A stretch of 37,086 nucleotides of DNA from Fidelibacterota bacterium (GTDB lineage Bacteria; Fidelibacterota; Marinisomatia; Marinisomatales; AB-629-J13). The stretch spans positions 1 to 37,086 of the forward strand of contig DASCRE010000140.1 in the NCBI GenBank assembly GCA_034408645.1. Direction: 5' to 3'. This document shows positions 28,730 through 37,086 of this stretch, piece after piece. The first letter of the stretch is position 1. Every line of letters starts with the position of its first letter. Below the pieces are notes generated by a model, which saw nothing but the letters and a program-made list of their open reading frames with translations, was not told the origin of the DNA and did not search any database. The position numbers and the translations under genes were made by a program.

Positions 28730-31383
28730 ACATAGATACAGCTATGAATGATTTATCAAAGATACAGGATATAAAAGAAAAAAATATAATAAATATTTCT
28801 GCCAGTACACCACTTATGCGGCAATATAGCGAAATAAAGTCTCAATATCCTGATTGTATTGTTTTATTTAGAATGGGAGATTTTTTTGAGACCTTCAATG
28901 AAGATGCAATAATAACGGCAAAAATTCTAGGTATTGTTTTGACAAAGAGGGCAAACGGTGCTGCTGCTGATGTTCCACTGGCTGGATTTCCACATCATGC
29001 TTTAGATAATTACCTTCCTAAGATTGTTAATGCAGGATATAAAGTTGCTATCTGCGAACAGGTAGAAGATCCAAAATTAGCAACTGGGATTGTAAAACGT
29101 GAGGTAATTGAGGTTGTGTCACCTGGCACTTTGGAACCAGATGAAGAATCACTTCAAAAGTCAAATAATTTTATTGTGTCCTTATCATTTTCACAGAGTG
29201 ATGTTGGCTATGCGGTTCTAGATCAATCTACAGGAGAATTTTATTTGGGGGAATCCTCTGAAGATATTTTAAGTGAATCCCTTCAGCAATTTGCACCAAG
29301 GGAAGTCCTTATACCAGAGTCTTATACTTATATCACATCAAATTGGTACAATAAATTAAAACCATATATCTCCCGAGCTGATGATTGGGTTTTTGATTAT
29401 AATCACGGATACAGGCTATTGACGGATCATTTTGAAACCCCATCTCTAAAGGGATTTGGATGTGAGGAATATAGTATAGGAATATGTGCTGCAGGTGCAA
29501 TGATTTATCAATTGAAACATAACCTTAATTCACCATTAAATCATATTTCAAGCATCAAACCCATTTTAAAAGAATCAATTATGGGTCTGGATAGTTTTAC
29601 TATAAGAAATCTAGAAATATTTAATTCGCTATCTACCCAAGGCACACATGGAACATTAACAAGTGTTTTGGATGAAACTGTTTCATCTGGTGGCGGAAGA
29701 TTGTTGAAAAAATGGCTTCATAATCCGTTGACCGATATGGTACGGTTGAAAGACCGAGTCAAGATTGTTGATTTATTTACAAAGAAAAAATCAATTCTTC
29801 ATATTCTAAGAGAATTTTTAGGAAAAACATCTGACCTTGAAAGAATATTGGGAAGAATCAATAAGTCCAAAGCCTCACCCAGGGACCTGTTAGGACTAAA
29901 AAATACGTATGAGTTGATTACTCAAATATTAAAAAAACTTAAAGATCCAGATGAGATGAATTCACTTAAAATAAATGAATGGTTTGGAGAAACTAAATCG
30001 CTGATAAAATTCATCAAAACTAAAATCAACGAAGATTCACCAGCGACTTTAAAACAGGGCGGAGTCATTGCTCGAGGGATTAATTCAGAATTGGATGAAC
30101 TTCGCTCAATGGTGAAAGATGGTTCTGAATGGATAACCAAATTACAATCCTCTGAAAGAGAAAGAACTGGTATTGCATCATTAAAAATAGGATATAATAA
30201 GGTATTTGGATATTATATTGAAGTAACGAAAACTCATTTAAAAAAAGTCCCCTCCGAGTATATACGAAAACAAACCCTGGTAAATGCAGAACGATACATC
30301 CTTCCTGAGTTAAAAGAATATGAGGAGAAAATCCTGAGTGCTAAAGAAAAATTATCTGAGATTGAAAATCGTTTATTTCAAGAATTGTGCCGTGAAATTT
30401 TATGTGAAGCAAATTTCATACAGAAAAATGCTGAAAGTCTAAAAAAACTAGATATTTTAACTGCTTTTGCATTTTTGGCGATTCAAAATAAATATGTGAA
30501 ACCCCGATTTACGCAAAACCCACTCATTAAATTAAAAAAAGCTAGACACCCTGTGGTAGAAAGACTCTTACCTGTTACTGAAAAATTCATACCGAATGAT
30601 CTCGAAATCGATACAAGGAATAATCAAATCCATTTAATTACTGGTCCAAATATGGCCGGAAAATCTACTTATTTACGGCAGGTGGGGCTTATTATAATTA
30701 TGGCCCAAATTGGGTGCTTTGTCCCTGCAAATAAAGCTGAGATTGGAATAGTTGACCATCTGTTCACACGAGTGGGAGCCAGTGATAATTTAGCGGGCGG
30801 GGAAAGTACTTTTTTAGTGGAGATGATTGAGGCAGCAAATATTCTGAATAATGCGACCCAAAATAGTTTGGTTCTTCTTGATGAGGTAGGCAGAGGGACA
30901 GCCACGTTTGATGGTTTATCCCTTGCGTGGGCAATTACAGAATATTTACATGAAAATCCACACGTAGCAGCTCGGACATTGTTTGCAACCCACTATCATG
31001 AATTAACAGTTTTGGAGGATACTTTGGACAGATTATCTAATTATCATACAAGTGTTCAAGAGTATAAAGATAAAATCATTTTCCTTCGAAAAATTATCCC
31101 TGGGGCGGGAGATAAAAGTTATGGTATTCATGTGGCAAAAATGGCAGGGCTACCTAAATCAATAATACAACGTGCCAATGAAATTCTTTTACAACATATA
31201 AATCAATCAAAAAATAATCAGGTTCAAAGTGATATATCTAGTTTTAGTACACAAGAATTATTATTTGACATTGAGGAAAAAAAAATAATTACAGAATTAA
31301 GTGAATTAGATGTTGATTCTATGACTCCTATTGAAGCATTGCAAATGTTGTTTGATTTAAAAACCAAATATAGGTCTTCATGA
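28726..31383 (+). CDS. mutS: DNA mismatch repair protein MutS
   Basis: Mismatch-binding N-terminus (TPLMRQYSEIKSQYPDCIVLFRMGDFFETF), Walker A ITGPNMAGKST, LLDEVGRGTATFDG and THYHEL. The GTG start at 28726 overlaps the selB stop. The ATG at 28744 is an equally plausible start. Confidence 0.95.
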   Translation: MNIDTAMNDLSKIQDIKEKNIINISASTPLMRQYSEIKSQYPDCIVLFRMGDFFETFNEDAIITAKILGIVLTKRANGAAADVPLAGFPHHALDNYLPKIVNAGYKVAICEQVEDPKLATGIVKREVIEVVSPGTLEPDEESLQKSNNFIVSLSFSQSDVGYAVLDQSTGEFYLGESSEDILSESLQQFAPREVLIPESYTYITSNWYNKLKPYISRADDWVFDYNHGYRLLTDHFETPSLKGFGCEEYSIGICAAGAMIYQLKHNLNSPLNHISSIKPILKESIMGLDSFTIRNLEIFNSLSTQGTHGTLTSVLDETVSSGGGRLLKKWLHNPLTDMVRLKDRVKIVDLFTKKKSILHILREFLGKTSDLERILGRINKSKASPRDLLGLKNTYELITQILKKLKDPDEMNSLKINEWFGETKSLIKFIKTKINEDSPATLKQGGVIARGINSELDELRSMVKDGSEWITKLQSSERERTGIASLKIGYNKVFGYYIEVTKTHLKKVPSEYIRKQTLVNAERYILPELKEYEEKILSAKEKLSEIENRLFQELCREILCEANFIQKNAESLKKLDILTAFAFLAIQNKYVKPRFTQNPLIKLKKARHPVVERLLPVTEKFIPNDLEIDTRNNQIHLITGPNMAGKSTYLRQVGLIIIMAQIGCFVPANKAEIGIVDHLFTRVGASDNLAGGESTFLVEMIEAANILNNATQNSLVLLDEVGRGTATFDGLSLAWAITEYLHENPHVAARTLFATHYHELTVLEDTLDRLSNYHTSVQEYKDKIIFLRKIIPGAGDKSYGIHVAKMAGLPKSIIQRANEILLQHINQSKNNQVQSDISSFSTQELLFDIEEKKIITELSELDVDSMTPIEALQMLFDLKTKYRSS

Positions 31384-32387
31384 AAAAACAAAACATTTGT
31401 AAATGTCTTCTGTATGCAAATCTTCTCATTTTGATTTTTATATCCAATGTAAATGCTGGTATTACTTTATTCCATACCGTAGTTGATGCCTCAGCTCTGG
31501 CAGTAGGAAATGCACTTACAGGTGCTCAGTTCTCTCACGATTCAGGATTGACAAATCCAGCACGAATAAATCAATTCAAGCCTGGGACTTTTTTATTTTC
31601 GAGTGAATCCCGATTTTCTGGATCCTTTTATAGACAAATCTTTACATATAGAGGTCGTTCTCTACCTTTCAAGTTTTTATTTCTTCATGAAGGGATTCAT
31701 AATATTCCAGATACCCGTTATGCTTTAAATGATTGGAATGGTGATAAATTACTAAACGGTAATGAACGGCTGATTATAGATCAGATATCCTATTTTAGTC
31801 AACATCGTTTTGGTATAATTTTCCAACACTTAATTGCTTGGGAAGACTGGTATATTGGGATGGGGTATAATACAGTTATTAATTCCCTTGCAGATCAAAA
31901 TGGTTATGGTTTTACCATCAATGGAGGAATTTTCAAACAGGTTAATTCATCATTTTCTGTAGGATTAGAAATAAAAAATATTGAGATACTACCCATGAAA
32001 TGGACCACTGGATATCAGGAATCTTGGTCACCAGAAATTTTTATAGGTGGAAGTATTACACCTATAATAGAAAATGTATGGTGTAAAATCAATCTCTATT
32101 TTGATGGAGGGCTCAGATTCAATGACCGAACATTGGATGACGATTTTCATTTAGATGATAATAGCGGTATTTTTCGTTATGGGATTGAACTTAATGCTGA
32201 TAAAAAATTCGCATTGAGAATAGGGAGATCTGGGAAAGGGAAACGGGCATTTGGATTCAGTGTTTCTACTGAAAAAAACATATTTAATTACGCTTTGAGC
32301 ACAAGACAAGGATGGGGCGAATATTCAACCGGTCATATTTTCACTTTTCTACTGGATGTTGAAAACATAATAGATTGGTTTAAATAA
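31380..32387 (+). CDS. Putative outer-membrane beta-barrel protein, PorV/PorQ-like
   Basis: 335 aa with a signal peptide (LLILIFISNVNA|G). The N-terminal motif DASALAVGNALTGAQFSHDSGLTNPARI resembles the (A-x-A-x-G-x-A ... NPA) signature of PorV/PorQ/FadL-like barrels. Alternating hydrophobic strands run through to the C-terminus. The start overlaps the mutS stop (ATGA). Confidence 0.5.
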   Translation: MKKQNICKCLLYANLLILIFISNVNAGITLFHTVVDASALAVGNALTGAQFSHDSGLTNPARINQFKPGTFLFSSESRFSGSFYRQIFTYRGRSLPFKFLFLHEGIHNIPDTRYALNDWNGDKLLNGNERLIIDQISYFSQHRFGIIFQHLIAWEDWYIGMGYNTVINSLADQNGYGFTINGGIFKQVNSSFSVGLEIKNIEILPMKWTTGYQESWSPEIFIGGSITPIIENVWCKINLYFDGGLRFNDRTLDDDFHLDDNSGIFRYGIELNADKKFALRIGRSGKGKRAFGFSVSTEKNIFNYALSTRQGWGEYSTGHIFTFLLDVENIIDWFK

Positions 32388-32455
32388 TGACAATTAAAAC
32401 GATTGAATGGGTCAAATTATCTTTATAGCTTTAAAGATTGTATTCGGAATGAAAA

Positions 32456-33319
32456 ATGATTAAAAGTATGTCAGGATTTGGTCATGGAACTATCCAAATG
32501 GAGAGTGGAATATGTACTGTATCTGTCCGTGCCTTGAACTCAAGATATTTAGACATCAAATTGTCAGGTGTTGATGGTCATCCGGATTTAGATCATATGA
32601 TACGAAATGAAATCAGAGAAAAATTGGAACGTGGTAGCATCCAGTTAAATGTGAATTTAGTTCTTGGAACGAATAGAAAGAGTAATATTCAGTTTAATCA
32701 AGAGAAATTTGAGCGAATTGATAAAATATTATACACAATCCAAAAACAATATGGCAAACATATAAACATAGCTGATATTATCAATTCAAAAGATTTATTT
32801 ATGGATGGTCCTGAAATAGAAATTGATAATTCGGACATTCTTACTGCCATCAACATTGCTCTGACTCAGGTAAATTCAATGAGAATTGAAGAAGGGAGAA
32901 AAACTGAGGAACATTTGACATCTTTATTGGATGAAATAGTTGAATTAATTGAAGGATTAAAAGAAAAGTCTAAAAACCTGGTTGAGAAGAAAATTGATAA
33001 TTTTAGAGAAAGGATTCAAAATTTAATTAATGGAATACCTGTTGAAGAATCTCGATTAAGTATGGAAATTGGATTAATGGCTGATAAAACAGATATATCG
33101 GAGGAACTATCTCGCACTTTAAGTCATGTTGACCAATTTAGACAATTGATGAAGCGTAATGAACCAGTTGGAAAACGTTTGAATTTTCTCACTCAGGAAT
33201 TAAATCGAGAGATCAATACTTTAGGAGCAAAAATTGTTGATGTTTCTGTAAGCAGGAATGTAATTGCATTAAAATCTAGAATAGAAAAAATTAGAGAACA
33301 GATACAAAATATTTTATGA
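32456..33319 (+). CDS. yicC: YicC family protein
   Basis: 287 aa with the N-terminal SMSGFGHG...SVRALNSRYLDIKL and the C-terminal GKRLNFLTQELNREINTLGAK, both typical of YicC. Confidence 0.9.
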   Translation: MIKSMSGFGHGTIQMESGICTVSVRALNSRYLDIKLSGVDGHPDLDHMIRNEIREKLERGSIQLNVNLVLGTNRKSNIQFNQEKFERIDKILYTIQKQYGKHINIADIINSKDLFMDGPEIEIDNSDILTAINIALTQVNSMRIEEGRKTEEHLTSLLDEIVELIEGLKEKSKNLVEKKIDNFRERIQNLINGIPVEESRLSMEIGLMADKTDISEELSRTLSHVDQFRQLMKRNEPVGKRLNFLTQELNREINTLGAKIVDVSVSRNVIALKSRIEKIREQIQNIL

Positions 33320-33885
33320 AATTAATCTATACAATATCTGCTCCATCCGGAACGGGGAAGTCTACACTGTGTAAGGCAATTCTAAAACAAATTCCTGAAC
33401 TATCATTTTCAGTTTCGTATACAACCAGACCTCAAAGAAATAACGAAATAAATGGAGTGGATTATCATTTCATCAGTCATTCTGAATTTCAATCAATGAT
33501 TGACAAAAAACAATTTGCTGAATACGAAGATGTACATGGGCAGTTTTATGGGACTCTGAAATCTTATTTGGATGATTCTATCATACAGGGAAAACCATTA
33601 CTGCTGGAATTAGATGTAAAGGGAGCGATATCAGTTAAAGAATTATATTCTAAACAAACCCTTTCAATATTTGTAAAACCTCCTAGTAAAGATGTTTTGA
33701 GATTAAGATTGGAAAACCGTGGTACTGATGATAAAGCTTTGATTAAAAAAAGATTAACCCGAATACATATGGAACTAGAATATGGAAAAATGTTTGATGT
33801 CAGTTTCGTAAATGATGATTTGGAAGTGGCAATTAAAGAATTAAAACACATTATTCTAACACAATTAAAAGGAAAAAATACATGA
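33316..33885 (+). CDS. gmk: Guanylate kinase
   Basis: 189 aa with the P-loop SAPSGTGKSTL and the GMP-binding SVSYTTRPQRNNEINGVDYHF. ATGA overlap with yicC. Confidence 0.94.
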   Translation: MKLIYTISAPSGTGKSTLCKAILKQIPELSFSVSYTTRPQRNNEINGVDYHFISHSEFQSMIDKKQFAEYEDVHGQFYGTLKSYLDDSIIQGKPLLLELDVKGAISVKELYSKQTLSIFVKPPSKDVLRLRLENRGTDDKALIKKRLTRIHMELEYGKMFDVSFVNDDLEVAIKELKHIILTQLKGKNT

Positions 33886-34160
33886 ATATTAAACCGATTT
33901 CTTATAAAAAATTGGAATCCAAAACAAAGAATATCTATGAAGCAGTTGTGGTTATTTCTAAAAGGGCAAGCCAGGTGCTACATGACAGGTTAGTTGAAAA
34001 AATGATGAGGGAAAATACTGAAGAAGAGTTTGGAGTATTGGACGAAATACCTGAAAAGGATTCTGTCCTATATTTAGAAAAACCATCCAGTGTTGCTGTG
34101 GAAGAATTTTTAAACGGTGATTTAAATTGGAGCAAACCTGATGATGAGGAAGATGTATAG
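33882..34160 (+). CDS. rpoZ: DNA-directed RNA polymerase subunit omega
   Basis: 92 aa with the NIYEAVVVISKRASQV core typical of omega. It lies immediately downstream of gmk (ATGA overlap), the conserved gmk-rpoZ pairing. Confidence 0.85.
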   Translation: MNIKPISYKKLESKTKNIYEAVVVISKRASQVLHDRLVEKMMRENTEEEFGVLDEIPEKDSVLYLEKPSSVAVEEFLNGDLNWSKPDDEEDV

Positions 34161-34162
34161 GA

Positions 34163-34843
34163 ATGCTGGAATTTCAGCTAAAAAAGGATTCAGTACGTTT
34201 TTTGGAGCAGACACAAGAACTATTTGGTTCTACACTCTATGGAAATTTATCCATGAATAAGATGGAAACTTCTCAATTGGATCATTCTTATTCTAATCAT
34301 TTAGATGAATTTGGGACATCAATTTCAAATTGCAAGAAATGCAGTTTGGGAGAAGATAGGAATAAATTCGTATTTGGTGTGGGTGACAGCCATGCGGATT
34401 TAATGTTTGTTGGGGAAGCACCGGGAAAAGAAGAGGACCTGAAGGGAGAACCTTTCGTTGGTAGAGGGGGAAAATTGCTGGATAAAATTTTATCTGCTAT
34501 AAAAATGACTCGTCATAAAAATGTATATATTTGTAATGTGTTAAAATGCAGACCTCCACAAAACAGGGATCCATTACCGGATGAAGTAGAAAAATGTGAA
34601 TCCTATCTCTTGCATCAAATCACTTTAATCAAACCAAAACTGATTGTTGCATTAGGAAGAATTTCTGGTACGACCCTGTTACGGATTGATGATACTCTAA
34701 AATCTATGAGAGGACAATTACATGATTACCATGGAACACCTTTGTTAGTGACCTATCATCCTGCAGCATTATTGCGGAATTCTAATTTAAAAAAGTATGC
34801 TTGGGAAGACTTTCAATTTATCCGAGATTTTATTAATAAATAG
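34163..34843 (+). CDS. Uracil-DNA glycosylase, family 4
   Basis: 226 aa with Cys residues (CKKCSL ... NVLKCRPP ... KCESYL) consistent with the Fe-S cluster ligands. Motif A is FVGEAPGKEED and motif B is VTYHPAALLRN. Confidence 0.9.
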   Translation: MLEFQLKKDSVRFLEQTQELFGSTLYGNLSMNKMETSQLDHSYSNHLDEFGTSISNCKKCSLGEDRNKFVFGVGDSHADLMFVGEAPGKEEDLKGEPFVGRGGKLLDKILSAIKMTRHKNVYICNVLKCRPPQNRDPLPDEVEKCESYLLHQITLIKPKLIVALGRISGTTLLRIDDTLKSMRGQLHDYHGTPLLVTYHPAALLRNSNLKKYAWEDFQFIRDFINK

Positions 34844-34848
34844 AACTG

Positions 34849-36213
34849 ATGGCAACAGATAACCAAGATACAACTCTAAAAGCACCACCTCAATCTTTGG
34901 AAGCAGAAGCTGCTGTTTTAGGATCCATGCTTTCTAGCAGAGAAGCAGTTAGTAAATCTATTCAATGGTTAAAACCTTATCATTTCTACAAAACCGGTCA
35001 TCAGAAAATTTTTTCTGTAATGGTTAAGTTATTCAATGACAATGAACAAATTGATACAATTTCTGTCTCCGATTTACTTAAGAAACAAAAAGTCCTTGAA
35101 TCAGTAGGTGGGGCATATTTTCTGACAGGTTTAGTTGAATCTATTCCTACGACCGCAAATGTTGAAACTTATGCAAAAATCGTTCTGGAAAAATCTTTAT
35201 TAAGACAATTAATCAAAGTGGCTCAAGATTTATCTAATGAGGCCTATGATGATCATCGCAAAGCGGATGATATATTAGATCGAGTTGAACAATCAATTTT
35301 TTCTATCACTCAATCAGGTTTAAGAGGTGGATTTCAACCTATAGATAAAATTTTGCATGAATCATTTGAACAGTTAGACAAAATCTCCTCAAAAGAGGGT
35401 GGAGTGATAGGAGTCCCTTCAGGATTAACTGATTTGGATGAAGTAACTGCTGGTTTTCATCCAGGTGACTTAATTATTATTGCTGGAAGACCTTCTATGG
35501 GAAAAACAGCACTTGCTCTGAATATAGCACGAAATGCAGCAATTGATCATAAAACAGGAATCGGATTTTTCAGTCTCGAAATGGCAAATAACCAATTGGC
35601 CATGCGGCTTTTGTGTACGGAAGCAAAAGTAGATAGTCATTTAGTTCGTACGGGTAATCTTCCAAGAAATCAATGGGTGAATTTGAGTACAAATGTAGGA
35701 ACCCTAGCTGAAGCTCCTATTTATCTAGATGATACTGCGGGAATTTCAGTTTTAGAATTGCGTGCAAAAGCCCGAAGGCTTAAAGCAGAGAAGGACGTGG
35801 GACTTATTATTGTAGATTATTTACAGTTGATGCAGGGTCCTGCTTCTGAAAGCCGGCAACAAGAAATATCGAATATATCCCGTTCATTGAAAGGATTAGC
35901 AAAGGAATTGAATCTACCTGTTATCGCGCTTTCCCAGCTTTCCCGAGCAGTAGAGAACCGTAGCGATAGGAGGCCACTTCTTTCAGATTTGAGGGAGAGT
36001 GGTGCGATAGAACAGGATGCAGACGTCGTTGTTTTTCTGTACCGTCCTTTTCTTTATACCCAGGAGGAATCGGATGATGGTAAAGTTCATATTATCGTTG
36101 CTAAGCAGAGAAACGGTCCGGTTCGTACAGTCATGGCATCTTTTATTCCCCGATATACTAGTTTTGAGAATTTATCCTATTATCAGGAAGAAGAAGTGCA
36201 GGTACCCTTTTAA
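34849..36213 (+). CDS. dnaB: Replicative DNA helicase DnaB
   Basis: 454 aa with the N-terminal PPQSLEAEAAVLGSML, Walker A AGRPSMGKTALAL, Walker B IIVDYLQLM, and SQLSRAVENR ... LRESGAIEQDADVV. Confidence 0.96.
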   Translation: MATDNQDTTLKAPPQSLEAEAAVLGSMLSSREAVSKSIQWLKPYHFYKTGHQKIFSVMVKLFNDNEQIDTISVSDLLKKQKVLESVGGAYFLTGLVESIPTTANVETYAKIVLEKSLLRQLIKVAQDLSNEAYDDHRKADDILDRVEQSIFSITQSGLRGGFQPIDKILHESFEQLDKISSKEGGVIGVPSGLTDLDEVTAGFHPGDLIIIAGRPSMGKTALALNIARNAAIDHKTGIGFFSLEMANNQLAMRLLCTEAKVDSHLVRTGNLPRNQWVNLSTNVGTLAEAPIYLDDTAGISVLELRAKARRLKAEKDVGLIIVDYLQLMQGPASESRQQEISNISRSLKGLAKELNLPVIALSQLSRAVENRSDRRPLLSDLRESGAIEQDADVVVFLYRPFLYTQEESDDGKVHIIVAKQRNGPVRTVMASFIPRYTSFENLSYYQEEEVQVPF

Positions 36214-37086
36214 TGGCAAATGTGCTCAGCCGTTTAATCCCTCAAATCGTAGGAGATTATCCAAAATCTTTTACAACTCTTTTTAATAAAATTTCAATTT
36301 CTTCCACAAATTCTGAGGATGAGATAAAACTAATTCTTTGGAAAGCCTTTGAATTCGGGAAGCTGTGTCACTCGGGTCAAAAACGTCTTTCTGGAAAACC
36401 TTATTTCTCTGACCATTGCGTGAGTGTTGCTAACATTCTAGCTGATTGGAAAATGGATCATAATACTATTATAGGTGGTTTACTCCATGATACGGTAGAA
36501 GACTCCGATATCTCCATTGATCATATAAAAAAACAATTTGGAGAGGATGTGGCTCAAATGGTAGATGGAGTCACCAAATTGGGGCACATAAAATTTACAA
36601 GCAGGCAGGAAAAGCAGGCGGGCAATTTTATGAAATTACTATTATCTGTTGCCCAAGATTTACGTGTGGTAATAATAAAATTTGCCGATAGACTTCACAA
36701 TATGAAAACCCTTAATTATATGAGCCGCATAAAACAACATCGCATAGCCAAAGAGACTAGAGATGTATATATTCCCCTCGCTCACCGATTGGGTATGGCT
36801 TCAGTTAAGTGGGAATTGGAAGATAAGGTTATGGAAACTCTTCACCCAAAAAATCATAAAGAAATAAAAGCTAAATTAAAAGCGACGAAACGCCAAAGGG
36901 AGAAAGTGATAAAACAAGTCATTACTCCAATTCAAAATGAATTAACGAATTTTGACTTAAGTGTAGAGATATATGGAAGACCAAAATCTATTTTTTCAAT
37001 ATATGGAAAAATGATAAAAAGAGATAAAACTTTCGAAGAAATATATGATTTGTATGCAATCCGTGTTTTGGTGGATAAACTTGAAC
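36213..37086 (+). CDS. relA: Bifunctional (p)ppGpp synthetase/hydrolase (RelA/SpoT homologue), 5' part only
   Basis: The ATG at 36213 overlaps the dnaB stop (TAATG), and the frame stays open to the window end. My translation gives ...HSGQKRLSGKPYFSDHCVSVANIL...GGLLHDTVEDS...VDGVTKL...IIKFADRLHNMKTL (HD hydrolase domain), then the start of the synthetase domain (GRPKSIFSIYGKMIKRDKTFEEIYDLYAIRVLV). Confidence 0.9.
   Translation, partial: MANVLSRLIPQIVGDYPKSFTTLFNKISISSTNSEDEIKLILWKAFEFGKLCHSGQKRLSGKPYFSDHCVSVANILADWKMDHNTIIGGLLHDTVEDSDISIDHIKKQFGEDVAQMVDGVTKLGHIKFTSRQEKQAGNFMKLLLSVAQDLRVVIIKFADRLHNMKTLNYMSRIKQHRIAKETRDVYIPLAHRLGMASVKWELEDKVMETLHPKNHKEIKAKLKATKRQREKVIKQVITPIQNELTNFDLSVEIYGRPKSIFSIYGKMIKRDKTFEEIYDLYAIRVLVDKLE

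Noticed and set aside
32419-32438. AT-only hairpin ATCTTTA-TAGCTT-TAAAGAT after the PorV-like gene
   Set aside because: The stem is a weak 7-bp A/T stem with no following U-tract. It is not convincing as a terminator.
1-37086. Window-wide look for CRISPR repeats, IS/transposase or integrase genes, toxin-antitoxin or defence gene pairs, inteins or introns in dnaB, and ORF pairs bridged by an in-frame TGA (selenoproteins)
   Set aside because: None was seen. Every ORF above ~80 aa outside shadow frames is assignable to a housekeeping family or a plain membrane protein, dnaB is of normal length, and the only sizeable repeat is the rpsP internal duplication.

Overview
This is an AT-rich, very gene-dense bacterial chromosomal window made almost entirely of conserved housekeeping genes. 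I found no mobile element, CRISPR array, toxin or defence module, or other accessory island. From left to right the window holds: (1) the 3' part of a tRNA-Ser(GGA) with its terminator; (2) an unexplained spacer of about 250 bp; (3) dus and a GNAT acetyltransferase on the minus strand, then rpmB on the plus strand; (4) a complete 15-gene division/cell-wall (dcw) cluster on the minus strand at 2179-18950 (mraZ-rsmH-ftsL-ftsI-murE-murF-mraY-murD-ftsW-murG-murC-murB-ftsQ-ftsA-ftsZ), with a triple GTGGGTA repeat, a putative MraZ operator, in front of mraZ; (5) a RodZ-like gene split into two ORFs at a C9/G9 homopolymer; (6) on the plus strand, ffh-rpsP-KH-rimM-trmD-rplS, an MFS transporter, and selA-selB-mutS plus a PorV-like outer-membrane protein chained by 4-nt overlaps; (7) yicC-gmk-rpoZ-udg(family 4)-dnaB-rel, with rel truncated by the window end. 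Shine-Dalgarno sequences, many ATGA/TTGA/GTGA start-stop overlaps and several non-ATG starts are visible. Lineage cannot be fixed from the sequence alone. The PorV-like protein hints at a low-GC diderm, possibly of the FCB group, but that is inference only. My verdict is that this is an ordinary core region with no convincing novel system. The oddities most worth checking are the homopolymer-split RodZ-like gene, the putative MraZ operator, the S16 protein with a long acidic tail carrying a perfect 89-bp internal duplication, a PASTA-like tail on FtsI, the selAB-mutS-OMP coupling, and the unexplained spacer at 98-352.
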